Below, one piece after another: positions 63,382-64,000 of a stretch of DNA of 64,000 nucleotides. Every line of letters starts with the position of its first letter. Positions within the stretch are counted from its first letter, which is position 1. The position numbers and the translations under genes were made by a program. The stretch is taken from positions 248,001 through 312,000 of the forward strand of contig CM060734.1 in NCBI GenBank assembly GCA_030704615.1. The letters are read 5' to 3'. Source of the DNA: Takakia lepidozioides (lineage: Eukaryota; Plantae; Bryophyta). The notes below the pieces were generated by a model. That model ran no database searches and had not been told where the DNA came from. It saw only the letters and a program-made list of their open reading frames with translations.

Positions 63382-64000
63382 CACTAGAAGAAAAACGCGG
63401 AATAACCACTCTGTTAACCACTCACTTTGAGTGGTAAAAGACTTAAGTAAGCCACTCTGGCCCCAGAGTGATGAAGAACCAGTGCATTAGGACAAGTGAG
63501 TGGTAACAGACATTACGTGGTACCGGTGGTTAAGGACAGTGGTTCAAACCACTCACGTCCGGGTGCACCTGTTAGCTGACATGTCGCAGTGGTAAATTAA
63601 CCACTATGACATGTCAATGACGTGTCACTGAGGTAAACCAACCAGTTATGACGTGTCACAGTGGTACACTGACGTGTCATGGTGGTAAAGTAACCACTTC
63701 CGTTTTGTAGTGGAGACGTGTAAGCCGGTGGTCCGTGGATGATATTGGAGATTATGTCGACACGTGGCGACGCTCTCAGCATGGACACGTGTCGTGTGTC
63801 AGTGCTACGAAATGTGGATGAGTGAAAACTTCAATGACTTCTGAAACCACTTGTTGAATGACCACAAAATTACTCATAGAGTCATTCTATGAAAACTGAG
63901 AATATACAATATCACTCACAGAGTGGTTATGTGAGTGGATGACGTCTCTCAGTAGGTCATTGGAATGATTACCCACAAAGTGGTATGTAAGCTATTTGAG
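63382..64000 (+). mobile_element. CACTA (En/Spm) transposon terminus with subterminal repeats
   Basis: CACTAGAAGAAAA terminal motif followed by many ACCACTC/GAGTGGT direct and inverted repeats. Confidence 0.8.

Overview
Eukaryotic, gene-free window made of nested transposable elements. The element types suggest a non-seed land plant or streptophyte (inference). There are two 500-N gaps and no host gene, rRNA, tRNA or CRISPR array was found. Left to right: (1) a Mutator-like DNA transposon derivative with a foldback repeat array (1-5276); (2) the 3' end of a non-chromovirus Ty3/gypsy family 'F1'; (3) a ~1.9-kb tandem macro-repeat; (4) a second Mutator-like copy with a SWIM finger; (5) a near-complete Ty3/gypsy family 'F2' element inserted into the RT of an F1 element; (6) hairpin-rich non-coding DNA; (7) two copies of a non-LTR retrotransposon, scrambled by two clean inversions; (8) a chromovirus; (9) more macro-repeat and F1 sequence; (10) gag fragments of a third LTR family and a CACTA terminus. 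The main finding is the LINE domain order: RT, chromodomain, PCIF1/CAPAM-like adenine-methyltransferase fold (NPPF changed to HPP[A/T]), RNase H, CCHC finger, restriction-like endonuclease. Also notable: F1 and F2 show no recognisable Gag. Instead they share an unrecognised ORF1 with an F-box-like motif and a large 3' extra ORF. All protein assignments are by-eye motif recognition and were not confirmed by database search.
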